Shown: positions 1 to 13,000, counted from the stretch's first letter. The stretch is DNA of 64,000 nucleotides from Lepidodermella squamata (GCA_047495785.1 JBLDXI010000054.1:372001-436000); one strand, 5' to 3'. Notes: a model not told the origin generated them from the sequence alone. Translations and numbers: made by a program.

Positions 1-22
1 AAAACTGCTTTTGACTTTTCAG

Positions 23-348
23 CCGATGTAATGTGCGTGGCTACGGCCCATCCTTCCTTCCATCCCGAGCTGAATTTCAATCGAACTGTGGAGGACATGA
101 TTAGCAAGGTAAAGATTCCATCGCTGTGGTTACCAGCTTCAAATGACCCACCCGAACTGTTGGAGGATGGGGCGTGGTTCAAATTACTGATACAGAGCAG
201 CCCGGCGTCTAAGGTAATTCCGTTCCCGCGAATGCAACACGGCTGGGTTCCAAGGGGAGATCTTACGAATCCAGCTATCAAAGAGGACGTTGAAAAAGCT
301 ATAAACGCTGTCACAGATTTCTTTAACGAATGCGTTGATATTAAGTAA
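23..348 (+). CDS. Last exon of dienelactone hydrolase-family (alpha/beta hydrolase) gene
   Basis: Acceptor ttttcag at 16-22; motifs AHPS, P-x-L-x-L-x-A-x-N-D and FPxMQHGWVPRG; AATAAA at about 373. Confidence 0.75.
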
Positions 349-595
349 TGATGTGTATTCACTTGTGATTTGAATAAACAATCATTCCACTTTTTTGTGC
401 ATTTTTTCTTCAACTTTAGTACTCAAACATAGGGTAAAAGCTAGTGTCTGAAAGATTACGATCTGGAGAGATCGTTCAGAGAAAAACAATAAAAATTTAT
501 TAAATTGATGAGATATTAGGTAGATAGGTATTCCGTCAATTTTGGGGTTTCGAAATTCACATCCATTGCGGCGTTTATTGGCGAGCCCTGCGGTC

Positions 596-1250
596 TTAGA
601 TTAGATTACGCTGAAAGACTTATTTTATTTAGTTTTAGTGATGCCTTGATCTCTCGACGCTCGACAATTCGGGTGTTGAGGAAGGCGGAGGCAAGGCAAA
701 CAAAAGAATCAGTCACCCGCTTCCACGTCCGAGAGTATCTCGCTTTTGCTGTAAAATTCAAAATCTTCCAAAGTCTCGACAATTTTACGCCATTCGTCTC
801 GATCTAGTGCAGTTGTTTCGAATGACCAGTCAACAGTTATTTTGATAATTTCGGTCATGTTGCTACCATCTTTACGAGGTCTGCCACGGGACCCGTCGGT
901 TGTTTTCCTTACTTTATTTTCGGTTGTAAGCCCCACTCTTCTTAGAATTCTTTCTACCGAGTCGAGCCACCTAGTTCGAGGTCTTCCCACTGGTCTCTGC
1001 TATTCCTTAGGCGCTACCCACCTGTAAAGATCAAGACTGGCCCCGGTGATATCGGGTCACCTTTATCATTGACATACGTATCCATCCTTGTTATGTGTCC
1101 TAGGTAATTAAGGCGTTGTTTTTCAATTAATCTACCTTCAATTATTCCAGCACACATTGATAGTCATGAATTAATCAGGAAAAATTCAAATTTCCGCATT
1201 TTTGGTAGAAGGTAGAAAGTTAAAACCTAAGATAGGGTGAACTGTTTTAG
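596..1250 (-). mobile_element. 3' fragment of RTE-like non-LTR retrotransposon
   Basis: Minus strand encodes IEKQRLNYLGHITRMD...GRPRTRWLD...ALDRDEWRK, the typical RTE C-terminus; (TAATC)n tail at 596-608. Confidence 0.75.
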
Positions 1251-1429
1251 CACTTCTAAATTTTAGATAAGATAAAGCTTTGCTAAATCAATATATTACC
1301 GCGCCTGCGGTGAATTAGAGATAACGTATAGGTGTTTGCAAAGTGGTTTTGACAAGTTGAGTTAAGAAGTTATTGTTTTACCAACAGACTTAGCTGTGGA
1401 CCAACGCTGACCTCGTCATTTGCAGTGAA

Positions 1430-2419
1430 ATGGCACAAACAAAGGATTCCGTTATACCAAGGCGCCCACTCCCTGAAGGATCGCCATTGATTGAACTTCG
1501 AGCGCAGAAAGATTCCGATGAGTTATATGATAACCCTGAGGACCCACCGGTTCCAGAATGGTACAACGCAGAGCTGTACCAACGAGGTCGTCAAGTTTGG
1601 AGGAAAAACATGTTCTCTGAATCAATCAGCCTCGTTAACGCTTTGGTCATGCTATTTTCCGTTGAATCACTAGTCCGGCCACTTCTTTTTACCGGAAGAA
1701 GCTCAGGGGCGAAAAACTCACGTCGCCGCTATGTCGAAACCGGCATCCACCTATACAAATGGCACATGATGTTGGATCCGTTTTCCGCTGATGAAAATGA
1801 AGGCCTCAATTCGTTACGCAAGGTCAGGAGACTTCACGCATATATTCGGAAGCTTATGCAAAATAGGGGCCAATCTAGCTTTGGCCAGTACGAGATGAGT
1901 ATTACTCAAAGTTTCTTCATAATGCCAACCATTCTTCACGCTAAAGAGTGGGGATGTAACCCTTCTGAAGCTGACCTTGAAGGATTCTTGCACATGTGGG
2001 CAGTTTTTGGCTACATACTCGGAATTCCTGATGAATTCAACCTCTGTCTAGGTGGAATCGATCGTTGTGAAAAGCTTTGCATGGCCATCGAAAAGGAGGA
2101 AATAGTCCCCGGCATCCGTGATGATGAATCCCATTTTCGATCACTTGCAAATGATTTCGTCGAAGGTATGCGATCTGTCTGGCTTCCATTCCGCTTGCTG
2201 ACGACTAATGGCCTTCTAGCTTTCATATGCCCATCCTTGGGTATGTCTGTGGAAGAAGTTGGAAGTCTCACTCTGGGCGATCGAATTTTGTGTTGGGTCT
2301 TGAAGGGTCAGTTCTGGCTCATCTATCATTTTTCAGCCTACAGAGCGCTCTGGAATTCGCTTTCCGAGAGACTGGTTATATTCCTCAGCAATCAGCTGGC
2401 CGCTAACAAATTTGACTGA
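1430..2419 (+). CDS. ER-bound oxygenase mpaB / rubber-oxygenase catalytic domain protein (DUF2236), copy 1, intronless
   Basis: 329-aa ORF; LLFTGRS..RRYVET, VRRLH (candidate heme His), M-x-ITQ, GFLHxWxVxGYxLGIPDEFNLC. Confidence 0.8.
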   Translation: MAQTKDSVIPRRPLPEGSPLIELRAQKDSDELYDNPEDPPVPEWYNAELYQRGRQVWRKNMFSESISLVNALVMLFSVESLVRPLLFTGRSSGAKNSRRRYVETGIHLYKWHMMLDPFSADENEGLNSLRKVRRLHAYIRKLMQNRGQSSFGQYEMSITQSFFIMPTILHAKEWGCNPSEADLEGFLHMWAVFGYILGIPDEFNLCLGGIDRCEKLCMAIEKEEIVPGIRDDESHFRSLANDFVEGMRSVWLPFRLLTTNGLLAFICPSLGMSVEEVGSLTLGDRILCWVLKGQFWLIYHFSAYRALWNSLSERLVIFLSNQLAANKFD

Positions 2420-3147
2420 CCAATTTAAATTCAATATATATTTGAAGAAAACTGAGAAATGAAACCATATGATATCTCTTCGCCCATAGCAATAGTGTGA
2501 ACTCAATTCCAGGATGGGCAGTAAAACCCAAACTACTTTATTCTATGGGCATTATTTGAATGGCTGTGTTAGTTTTAATCTGGTCTTGCTTTTATCTAAA
2601 CCAAACTTTATTGTAGCCAAACCAAATTCGCCTGTTAGCGGAACCAAATTTTGGAATTGGAATTTTCAATAGGCCCAAAACCAATTTTCGAAACCTTCAA
2701 GGGTGTCATGATTGATGGGTATAATTTGAAGAAAATCATCTTCAAATTCAGCGTGAAATTCTGAATAAGACGTAATCTTCATAATAAAATTCATAAATTG
2801 CCTCTATTTCGTAAAAAAAAATTAGAAAATTGACCCTTGGCCTATCTAAAAATTAGGATCCGCAGTACGCAAATTTGGTTCCGCTGAGAGATATTGTGGT
2901 TTTTATCAGAGAAAATTTCAGTTAGCAATTAAGGCAGCTTCCTAGTGACCAGTTTTTTTAAGGCAAGAATCAGGTTCGAAGTGAAAGATAAAGGATAGTG
3001 GTCGAAAGTGAAGAGAATCAATTTGTGTTATATCAATAGACTTTCAAACCGATTCGAACGTTAGAATTTCGAAGCCGAAACTGAGACAACAGGTTGAAAA
3101 AGTTGATCACAAGAATATTTAGATCAGAATCAGATCCAAACTACAAT

Positions 3148-6100
3148 CTAGCTTGAAGCCAGTTCAATCTCGCAAATTGGATAGGCGTCAGCAGAGCAAG
3201 CATCGTCGTACCACTCGCTCGAAAACAAATTATTCTCATAACCGAAAAATATGCAACCGATCGATGCGTAAAATGAAGTAGTTGTCGGAGAGGGTCTTCC
3301 TGCTGCGTAATTCGTGAATGTTACCGTTGTTCCAGTGTCCCATTTCGGATACTGACCGGTCACGTCGATGCGTGATGATATACCAAGATGGTAACCAAAT
3401 ACGCTGCCCTGCCATTTTCCTGTTTCAAAACGACTAATCCAAGACTAATTTGACATAATGGCTATGCTCACTTCCAAGATGCATTGTTATGCCTGTTATG
3501 AAATGCTGCTCAGCCTCGGTCTCTATCGTAAGTAAGTGAGCATTGGTTTTCTGACAGATTGCAGTGGCCTCTGTTCGGTTTCTAGGCATTCTATAGATTA
3601 TGTAGCAGCTACCTAGGAAATAATACGGACACCCTGTGGTAAAAAGAAAGACTCACTAAATTGATTCATTACCAAGTTTTGACTCACAATCTTTCATGCC
3701 TAGGCTGCAAATCGCACTCGCATTCAAGTCGAAGCGTTCGGTCGTCCATTTATACGATGAATCACTGTTCAAAGTGATGGCGGCGTACGGCTGCGACGGA
3801 TCCGTGAAAACCTGACCAGTTGCCCAGTCGGATTCGGCTGAATTCATCCAGAATTCAATAGCAAGTCAACTTAACGTTAGATGACTCACCACACATTGGC
3901 AAAGGATCGCAATATTCAGCAGTGGTCTTATCATCATCTCGAATGCAGAAAGGGCCGTTCGGCATCAAATCTGGGTCCGGATTCCTGCAGTAAGAATGCG
4001 CAACGCTCTGCTCAGGGAATCGGTAGAACTTTTGGCTGTAGGCAGTAGTGTCCCACCTGGCGCATAATGCCCCACTGGCAGTTTTCGACATTTGACCGTT
4101 ATACTCCCGACCTGATGGAGTGAACCGGCAATCTTGTGGATATGACTGGCTTATTGCTTGTAAAAGGACGATCCGTTTATTCGCATTAATAAAAGGCTTC
4201 TCGAACTTACGAATTTCACATATAGTTATGAAGTGATCCCAATCTCCGACGTCACTGAAGGAATCTTTGTTAGCTCCATTCCAATACTCATTTGAATTTT
4301 TACTCGGACTGAAAAATAATTGATAACCAGTTTTAGCACAATGAATGAACAGGCACGATTGCGCTAAACTTCATCACTGAAAAATAGATGATGTAAAATG
4401 AACCCAGCAATGAGCAACGGGTCTCACTATAATAATGGCAACATGCAGCCGGTCCCTCACGCCTCCCTTACCCCGTCATGTACTTTCCCTCAAGCGCGCT
4501 GTATTATCACAAATTAGCCGGAAAATTTGACAGCATTTAGATTCAATTTTTTATTTAGCCTTTTTTAAATGGCCAGCCACCTAGGGGGTCGCAATACTCC
4601 GTTTGAGAAGCCCTTCTCTAAAACTCAAACTCTTCCCTTTCTTGTTCAACACTAGCTGTTTATGACAAATTTAATGATTCTCTTATTTATGATATTTCAA
4701 CTTGGTAAAATTCAGCATGATAACTCACGGATCCATCGGCCAGACTTCGTAAGCTGGCGAACCAGCAAGGTACAATCTATTGACTTGTGACGTCCAATTT
4801 AGAGGGTTAGGATACGTTGATTGGTTCATAGCTCCGTAATCCAGTACCATGGCGGGTGTCGGTTGTTTGAGAAGTTCGAGGCGCAGCAGCGTGTTTTGGA
4901 GAAGCCGCTTTTTCTGTGGAGCGTGGACTGGCATCGTCAAGGTTCCGCCCATTTTCGAACACCTGACGACCTGCTGAGCAGGCGTCAAGCTCTCCATATT
5001 CAGAATTATCAGACAAGTGTCTTGATATCTCACGCCGTACGGACACGGGCCTATGTCAATGTCTGTTGGGTAGTACAGAAAACTTGGCGTGGCCCAATAT
5101 AGACCCACCAACGGAGCAGTGTAGAACGTGCAGCATCTACCCACAGCCGGGGGGTCGTATTGGTGCTGGTAGACCACGCATCTACCACGCTTGCTTTTGC
5201 ACAACTCGGCGCATTTCGGTGCCGACATAAAGTTGCCAGCCGTTCCATCAGCGCATTCGAATGTGACCAGGGGCACGGTGCCGTTTAAATAGAGACCAGA
5301 TCGCATAGTTGGCGGTCGAGCGTTCTGGATTTTTTCGTAAATCCATTGGTCGTCTTCGCTGTAACCGCCCGGGCCGTTGCAGGATGCTTTTTTCAGATAA
5401 CACATTTTGATTTTTCTGACGAACGTGAATGCGACGCATCGATCGCGATAGACGCGGTCACACTTGTTGGCACACTCCTGAGCGCTCTTAATGTTTGTCA
5501 ATCCTGGGATAATATCATTCTGGCCACAGTCGCCCTGTCGCTTAATGTAGCCTTTCACCTCTTGAATCGGCCGCGGCCACACGTTTGCAGAAAACGCAGC
5601 GTAGCCAGTCCACCATTTTGTCACATTAGGCGATGCGTTTTGCTTAAGAATCTGTAAAACGGTTGGAATATATTTGAAATTGACCTATGATAATTGGTCC
5701 AATATTCGGAAAAGCATTTCAGAATATTTCAAATTTATTACATACAGAATCTGCGTACAATCGCATCAATCGCATGGTAAGGTGATACTTGCGCCCTAGG
5801 TTGAAGAGCCTAGGCACATTTCGTTCTGATCGCCGTAATAGGGGCGCAAATTTGAGGAAGGAGTGCCTATACGACCCCCGGATTTCAATTTTAGCGACAT
5901 CGGTTTACCATATGGCTCACTGAGGTTTTAAGGTTGGTGAAGTTGGAAAAATCCCTGACTTGTGTAATCTCATCCTATAAGCAAATCCAGAAACCTGGTA
6001 TAGCTTCTGCCGCTGTTGCACGCTTTGAAAAGTTACCAGCTCCGACTGAAAGTTTTCGCTGCAAACCTCCCATGAATACTGACGCCATAGCGATTCATTT

Positions 6101-6532
6101 TGTAACAGGTAACACCTGTCGTTTTCGTTGTCTGCAATCCAGCCTGGAGGGCAAAAGTGGCTCTGCAAGCCGACAATTTTAGCTTCTTTCATTGAAAATG
6201 TGTATGTTACTAACCCTGTAATACATGTTATGTTTTCCTTCAGAGTCTTGCTTCAATTTCGGCAACGGACTAGCCGATCCGACGTGGCTGTACAGCTTGC
6301 AGCTTCGTGCTGTTTTGCTGTAAGCGAGGCTGCTACAGCTTGGATTTCCCGTGCAGTAGCTTGTGCATGTAGTCAAAGATTCGACTGACCCTTCATAGTA
6401 CGGTGACAGAGTCGCTGGTAGCTTGCCTTCAAATTCAGGCTTGCTCACCCATTTTTCGAAGGTACTCAGCAGCGATTGGCAATCGCTGAGGCAGAATGCC
6501 ACAGCGGAGAGAACACAAATAAGCAGAAACAT
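3148..6532 (-). pseudogene. Multi-exon secreted PAN/apple + C-type lectin + kringle mosaic gene, probably disrupted
   Basis: Signal peptide MFLLICVLSAVAFCLS (ATG 6532); PAN motifs (CxxxC..CxxxxY; CANKC..CVAFTF..CYLK); CTL motifs (CPPGW..CY; WYDDAC..PICE); kringle (YNG..ASGALCARWD..YCRNPD..GPFC..EYC). Frameshift and stop in first CTL near 6000 (FWICL*D); half-domains at junctions. Confidence 0.65.
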
Positions 6533-7294
6533 TAATTTTATTATGCAATCATCGCCGATATAGGTGAATTGTGGAATTTTTGAGGCTTTGATGACTGGTG
6601 ATGCTAAGCAGCGCATAATCAAAGCATGACTGGCAAGGTGGCAAATCATACGTTTCGCATTTCTGATTTGTTTTTTGTTATATGGATCTGGGCAGGCAGC
6701 GGCAGCGAAAATGTCTTCACTTGGTACGAATCGATAGCTTGCTGAAACTGATAAACATAACGCCTGAATACATATATGCAGCCGAATTTTGTCGATAACG
6801 ATTCCTTTAAAGAGGAATTAAAATTAATTCACTAACTACGTCAATACTGTTTCGAGGCGCCTGGATAGAATAGAGAATAGAGTTAACATTTTTCTTTCAA
6901 CACTTGCGCTATTATCGATTTTGACGTTATTTGATATCTCCGGCACCAAACAGTGGCAACCACGGTACCCTTCGTTCCCTGTACTTCGCACACGGTGGAG
7001 CGGTCAGGAGCGGTCAGGAGCGGTCAGGAGAAGCGGGTTCTGGAATTGTAATCAAATAAGAAAAAAATTTCAATCAAAATATTTTTTGTCGAGCAGGAAA
7101 TGGATCTTTTTTGGCTTAGCTGCCAATTAATGCTAGAAATTTATTTAAAATGCCGAGTCTAATCTCAAGAAGCGATAAGAGGAGCCATGATCACTAGCTG
7201 ATATATTTTTTTGATATATTATATATTATAGGGATTTTTATAATTTCTGGGTCCAAATTTACCGCTGCGGCCAACTTAATTGACCGCCTTGCGC

Positions 7295-7388
7295 CTTGCG
7301 ACCCCGCGTCGTTGATATCTTTCAATTATTTCGTCTCCCCTGTTTATATGATGTCAACGAACAATAAATATTTGAATTTAGAATTTAG
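7295..7388 (+). mobile_element. Extremely 5'-truncated LINE 3' terminus
   Basis: About 90 nt near-identical to 49430-49518; AATAAA followed by (GAATTTA)n tail. Confidence 0.75.
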
Positions 7389-7762
7389 TGGAGAACAGTG
7401 ATCATGATTGGCAGATTCTTATTTCCCGCTTTATTGATTGTACTGCAATGAATCGCCGTCTGGAAACTTTCCTATTTATTAGAGCGTAAATCTCATTTAT
7501 TCTCTCAAATGATTATAAACGTTCAAAAACAGGATCATAAAATTGAAATCAGCGATCCAATTATAGGGGTACCGGGGTGACGCGTTCTTAGGGGTAAATT
7601 AGGGAATTTTTTAAAAAGCCTAAGGGTGCCCCTTACGTTTTCAAAATTTAGGCTGATCAAATGCCACCCGCTTGGAAATGGAACTAGTCGGAACGCTGAT
7701 TGAAACGCCCAACATTTCAGGCTGATATTATTTTACGTGACCCAACACTAGAAAGCAATTAC

Positions 7763-7922
7763 CATAGTGACGTCTAAATTGCGTCTCATGCTAAAATCCA
7801 ACAATATGGCAGCCTGCAGAAATAGGTCGTACAGCGTACAGGCTGAATGTTGATAGGTTTGCCGCAAGAAGGACAGGTTTTAATTGCAGATTTTTTTGAG
7901 ACGCAATTTTAGCGTCACTATG
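7763..7922. mobile_element. Small MITE-like inverted-repeat element
   Basis: catagtgacgtctaaattgcgtctca / tgagacgcaattttagcgtcactatg terminal inverted repeats; no clear TSD. Confidence 0.55.
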
Positions 7923-8333
7923 AATCAGAAAGCGGCTCCAGCTCATGTATGAACAGAACGTGGCTAGGCAGCGAGGCTGTTACCCTCTACCTTTATTCCT
8001 AATCACGCAAATTATTTGTTGGTAATGAGAAAATCACGTATTTTTTCACGGAACTGGGTATTTATCGAGTGAGAATGCCTACGCACGACACGCTTTACCA
8101 TCGGATGCTTGCCGCTACCAAAGAATCAAATTGTTTCCGCAGGATTGCCGCCAAAAATAAACTAATTACGTCGGTAAATCAATTTGAAACACGTCGAGAG
8201 AGAAAGACAGACAGTTGTTGGACCATTTTTGATTGAAAGGATAAATGCTGCCCTCGGTATGACGCCTCCGTAAAACAAAAATTTTCGCAGCGGGAATTTA
8301 AAGCTGTCTCGAGAAAAAACGGATGTAGAGAAA

Positions 8334-10561
8334 ATGAGAAGCGTTTTAAGATTAGTGATCATCTTCAAACTTATTTCCGCTAGCGTCGGAGGTGAGTAAT
8401 CTAGGTGCAGAAAATCTATTCGCTGAAATGGCTAATATTAACTGAATTCGTTTGATTACGATTTTTGGTGTTTGATCACAATTCTTCAATTCGAACTATC
8501 ATGTCTACAATTGTACCATTCTAATCATTTAATTTTTTTTTCAAGCTCGCGTTCCAGCGTGTCTGCAGAGAAATGGCTTCTGCAACACTGCCAATACGTG
8601 CACGTGCCTCGCCCCTTTTACAGGCAGTGACTGCTCGCAAGGTATGACCTATTTTATTGAGTCATGCGTTTGTTTGAATGTCGCTATTTTGAAACTAATA
8701 CAGACAAGGGTCCTACGTTGTCAGATCGACGCCAGTTCTCGCCTGAATTTCTCGCCTTAACGACGGGTTTTATCGTAATGTTTCAAGATGCGATTTAACG
8801 AAATTGAAATGATCCTTCTTTAGAAAACAACTGGATATGCGCCCAAAATAGGGTGTTCCCTATCGTTGGCCCAAACAACGAAATAGTCAATAATCAATAA
8901 TCAAGTCAACATGGCTGGATCTCTTACAAGCAAAAAGGTAATGGATGAAAATCACTAAATCAAAACTGTCACCTTGGGAAAATGAGGTAGTTGCATAAAC
9001 TGGGAGAAGCTGAGCGGGCCAGTGGTCTCTTTGAATCTCTTCGAATGGGATGAGCTTCCCCCTCCCGAATGATGAGGAACCATGTTGAAAGTAAGCAAAA
9101 TCATGATTTAAGGCTTCATTTTGGGACTCGAAATCGAACGCTTAAATTGTCCTGAAAAAAGGCTAAAAGGCGAATCGGGCAAACTAATTATCTGCTATCA
9201 GCGAGTAAGGTCCTTGTTCCTTGAAAGATGAATCAGGACAGTCGCGATGTCCCAATCCATCAGTTGATTAGCTGTAACACGAGATTCATAGTCATTCCTA
9301 GCTCTGGTTTGACATGGTCCCGCTATCAGCGAGGAGGGGGAGGGGCGGAGGTGATCAATTAAATTTGAGCCCAAAATTTGCACATCATAAGGGGACCCGT
9401 ACTCGGAGCACTGATTGCTTATTCGCTAATCACGCCAATATCGAATCCCACAATAAAAGAATGCTCATGGCTCACTTACGGCCTGCGGAATGACCGAACT
9501 ATGACGTTATCTTTTAAGTATTTTATGGCGGGTGATTTTTCCATAAACGTCACATTGCATTACGACGCTCCTGTTGGAAATCATTTGGACTGGATCACCA
9601 TATCAGTCATTTCTAATTCATCCATCAATTACGCCGCAGCTGGCAGCTATAAGCCGGTTGATTATAACAATTTCGCCGGCTTTACTTTGACCTATGGCGG
9701 GTGGAATAACGGCGGCGAGTTTCAACCGTTCTCCTCGCCAATTAAGGTCGCCTTTGGTTACAATCACCTGTTCAATTTCAGTCGGGAGCTGATGAGAGGC
9801 CGAACCAGTATAGGCATTGTCGTCAAAGGTGCAACGAAGCTGTGGGCTGATGTATGCACGCCAGCATCCTGCACGGCTGTTTTCAACGGAGTCGACTCGC
9901 CAGGATTCATCCCGACCGATCCAACCATGCAGCTATCCATAATTCGTGTCGGAGGTGAAAATAATGCGGCCTTCTACGGCATAAGAGTTTTTGACATTCG
10001 AACTTACCAATTTTGTGAGTTGAATCGTAGTTTCTGAATGTCTTTTGATCTAATACTTTTGCCACAGATGAAAAACTGTCTTGTGACCCGCCTTGCAAAA
10101 ATGGAAGGTGTTATGGTATGGGAAAGTGTGCCTGTAAAGCCGGTTGGACAGGGCCATCGTGCAACAGGCGTGAGCGAATTCAAATAATTTGGTCTTATCA
10201 GTACCGGCATTTTGCTTGATCAGAGATTTGCGGATCAATCACATGCCAAACAAAGGCATACTGCACCGCACCGAACACATGCACATGCTTTGACAAATGG
10301 AGGACCGGCAACGATTGCATGAAAGGCATGTTCTTTTACTTTATTATAGCTTTTAACTAATTCCAAAAGAGCTGCCTCCATAATATGAACGAGGAGTTGA
10401 TAGATGTAACATCACATTTCAGCTAAGAAAATTTGAATTCTTTGTATTTTACAGCGCTGTGCGATTGCAAGGTGGCTAAACGGTGTGCTTACAAGCTGTG
10501 TGACTGCCCAGATGGTTCTCAACGCCGCGACTGCAACGACCAGCGAGCTGATGATCTCTGA
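8334..10561 (+). pseudogene. Secreted EGF-repeat protein with central beta-rich domain, copy A (possibly frameshifted)
   Basis: Signal exon MRSVLRLVIIFKLISASVG|gt; EGF exons at about 8546-8641, 10068-10169, 10224-10325 and 10455-10561; 219-aa ORF 9378-10037; exon near 8705-8850 needs frameshifts to match copy B. Confidence 0.6.
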
Positions 10562-13000
10562 TTATTACCTGCCCAGATGACTTGAACCATTTCATTTTCG
10601 ATCTTTCGATCTCAGCCTATTTAAATACTGTTTTTAAATCGCTGGAAGAACGTGAGAGATAAGGGTTGTCTGTTATTCGCTGATGAGCTTTGTAAATATG
10701 ATTTTGTTTCTCACTTGTTGGGGGTTGAAATGTTACAGGGATAAATTCAGCTGTGTCCATAGCAGATAGCATATCGGGGGTGGACTACACACGATGGGTA
10801 GAAAGTGTTTCTGGCGATTAGGCTCGGGACTGACTTGGCGAAGATGCATTATGTTGGTTTTACGCCATTTCTTTCTATTCTAGGCGACTCGTTCTACCGC
10901 CCTCGCCGTGATATCGCTATGTCGTGAGTTGTTGTAATAGTCTAAAGTCTATAAGGTCAATTTTTAAAACTGGTGTATCGCGGAGTGGGCGGATAGCGAC
11001 TCGCCAAGAATAGAACTCCGCCCAATGCGCGATATGAGCACTAGTTTTCAAAATTGACCTTTTTGACTATTATGACGCAGTATCTCACGGCAGTTCGCAA
11101 TGAGAATGAGGAGTTTACTGTGATATGATTTTCTACCGTCGAGCCGCGAGTCTCCTGCCGTGAGTCACGGTGTATATCAAATCCTAATTGTCGCTATTCA
11201 AGTTGCCGATAACGCTTCGTTTTTCATCTCACGTATTCACCTTCGGTTTATATCACATCATCTCGGTGCCAACAATATTTGGCATTGGTTTGAGGTTTCG
11301 GAAACGAATATATCTGAAATGAAATAGCACTGTCCTATGCTACTTGTTGTTCGATTGTTACTTCAAAGGATAGGCTTATGCTACTCTGTTGCCGCTCGAT
11401 AATCGCTTTCGCTTATATTCATGTCAAGGAGATTAAACCAAAGTAGTAGGAATAAAAATAAATTTAAAATGATTTTGAAAAGAAATCGCTTCAAGATTCC
11501 AGAGAGCGAAGTACCTTGGGGTGGTAGGGATCCTCCTACCAGTTCAATCAGTCCGCAAGGTGAACTCAGTGAAAGACCATCAAAGGTGTCGATTTTCCTT
11601 ATCCTAAGCACTTCTGCCGTCCTACTTCGCTCTTTATAAGATCCTATCTTTTTTCTCTTGCTGACTGGTTTCGTGATGTTCAGCAGAAGTAGGTTGCATT
11701 TTCGGCGGCGTGTATAGCATAAATGCGCATTGAATGTTTACTCAAATATCTGAAGAAGCAGATATCCTCAGCAGAGATTAAGGAGAAGGTTTTTTTAACG
11801 CCAAAATGAGTTCACCAGTTAACATTTCTAGACAATTCAGGAAAATACTTATTGCAGTCTGCTTTGCTCAGCTCGCGACGGGAATTACAGATAATGAATA
11901 CTGTCTTTGCGAAGCTTTTTTTTTAGACAGGCTGGATAATGCATTGCGATAAGATACGGTTTATCCACAGACATTCGCGGACTTGATGGAAACACGTCAT
12001 ATGCAGTATAATTGCTGAAATGAGTGGTTCGGTTATTCCAAGGCGTCAGCTCCCTGACGGATCCCCATTGATCGAAATTCGATCTCGAAAGGCCGCCGAT
12101 GATTTATACGATAGCAACGACGACCCACCGGTCCCACAATGGTACGACCCAGAGCTTTACGAACGAGGTCGTCAAGTCATGAAGAAAAATATGTTCTCTG
12201 GCGCAATCAGCCTCATCAACGTATTGATAATGCTTTTCTCAGTTGAATCGCTGTCCAGACCACTAGTTTTCACCGGGAGAAGCTCAGGAGCGAAGAACTC
12301 ACGTCGTCGCTATGTCGAAACTGGCATTCATCTATACAAATGGCAGACGATATTAGATCCGTTCGCCTCTGAGGAATGTGAAGGTCTCAAGTCGATACGC
12401 AAGGTCAGGCGACTTCACTCAACTGTTCGAAGGGCTATGCATGGAAAGGACCAGTCCAGCTTCGGCCAGTACGAGATGTGCCTTACTCAATGCGGTTTCA
12501 TCATGCCGTTAGTTCTATATGCGAAAACGTGGGGCTGTAACCCTTCTGAAGCTGAGCTCGAAGGATTCTTGCACGCTTGGGCAGTCTATGGCTATATACT
12601 CGGGATTCCAGATGAATTCAACCTCTGTTTAGGTGGCGTCGATCGTTGTAAAAAGCTTTGCATGGCCATCGAAAAGGAGGAAATCGTCCCTGGCATCCGT
12701 GATGATGAATCCCATTTTCGATCACTTGCAAATGATTTCGTCGAAGGTATGCGATCTGTCTGGCTTCCATTTCGCTTGCTGACGACTAATGGCCTCCTTG
12801 CTTTCATATGCCCAACCTTGGGCATGTCTGTGGAAGAAGTTGGAAGTCTCACTCTGGGCGATCGAATTTTGTGTTGGGTCTTGAATGTTCAGTTTTGGCT
12901 TATCTATCATTTTTCGGCCTATAGAGCGCTCTGGAATATGCTGATTGAAAGAGTGATTTTAATGATCAATAATCAGCTAGTGGCTAACAAATTCGACTGA
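10380..13000. repeat. Arm 1 of inverted segmental duplication (partner about 56583-59420)
   Basis: Last EGF exon remnant, intergenic sequence, promoter and oxygenase ORF are all found reverse-complemented at 56583-59420. Confidence 0.85.
12020..13000 (+). CDS. mpaB / rubber-oxygenase-like (DUF2236) protein, copy 2
   Basis: 326-aa intronless ORF, clear paralog of 1430-2419. Confidence 0.8.
   Translation: MSGSVIPRRQLPDGSPLIEIRSRKAADDLYDSNDDPPVPQWYDPELYERGRQVMKKNMFSGAISLINVLIMLFSVESLSRPLVFTGRSSGAKNSRRRYVETGIHLYKWQTILDPFASEECEGLKSIRKVRRLHSTVRRAMHGKDQSSFGQYEMCLTQCGFIMPLVLYAKTWGCNPSEAELEGFLHAWAVYGYILGIPDEFNLCLGGVDRCKKLCMAIEKEEIVPGIRDDESHFRSLANDFVEGMRSVWLPFRLLTTNGLLAFICPTLGMSVEEVGSLTLGDRILCWVLNVQFWLIYHFSAYRALWNMLIERVILMINNQLVANKFD

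Noticed and set aside
2011-2271. Antisense 86-aa ORF recurring in all three oxygenase copies
   Set aside because: Shadow of the conserved sense CDS with a non-ATG start
2570-2980. Inverted repeats agcggaaccaaattt / aaatttggttccgct
   Set aside because: Likely a decayed MITE, but ends and TSD cannot be defined
7000-7030. (GGAGCGGTCA)x3 repeat
   Set aside because: Simple minisatellite with no spacers; not CRISPR
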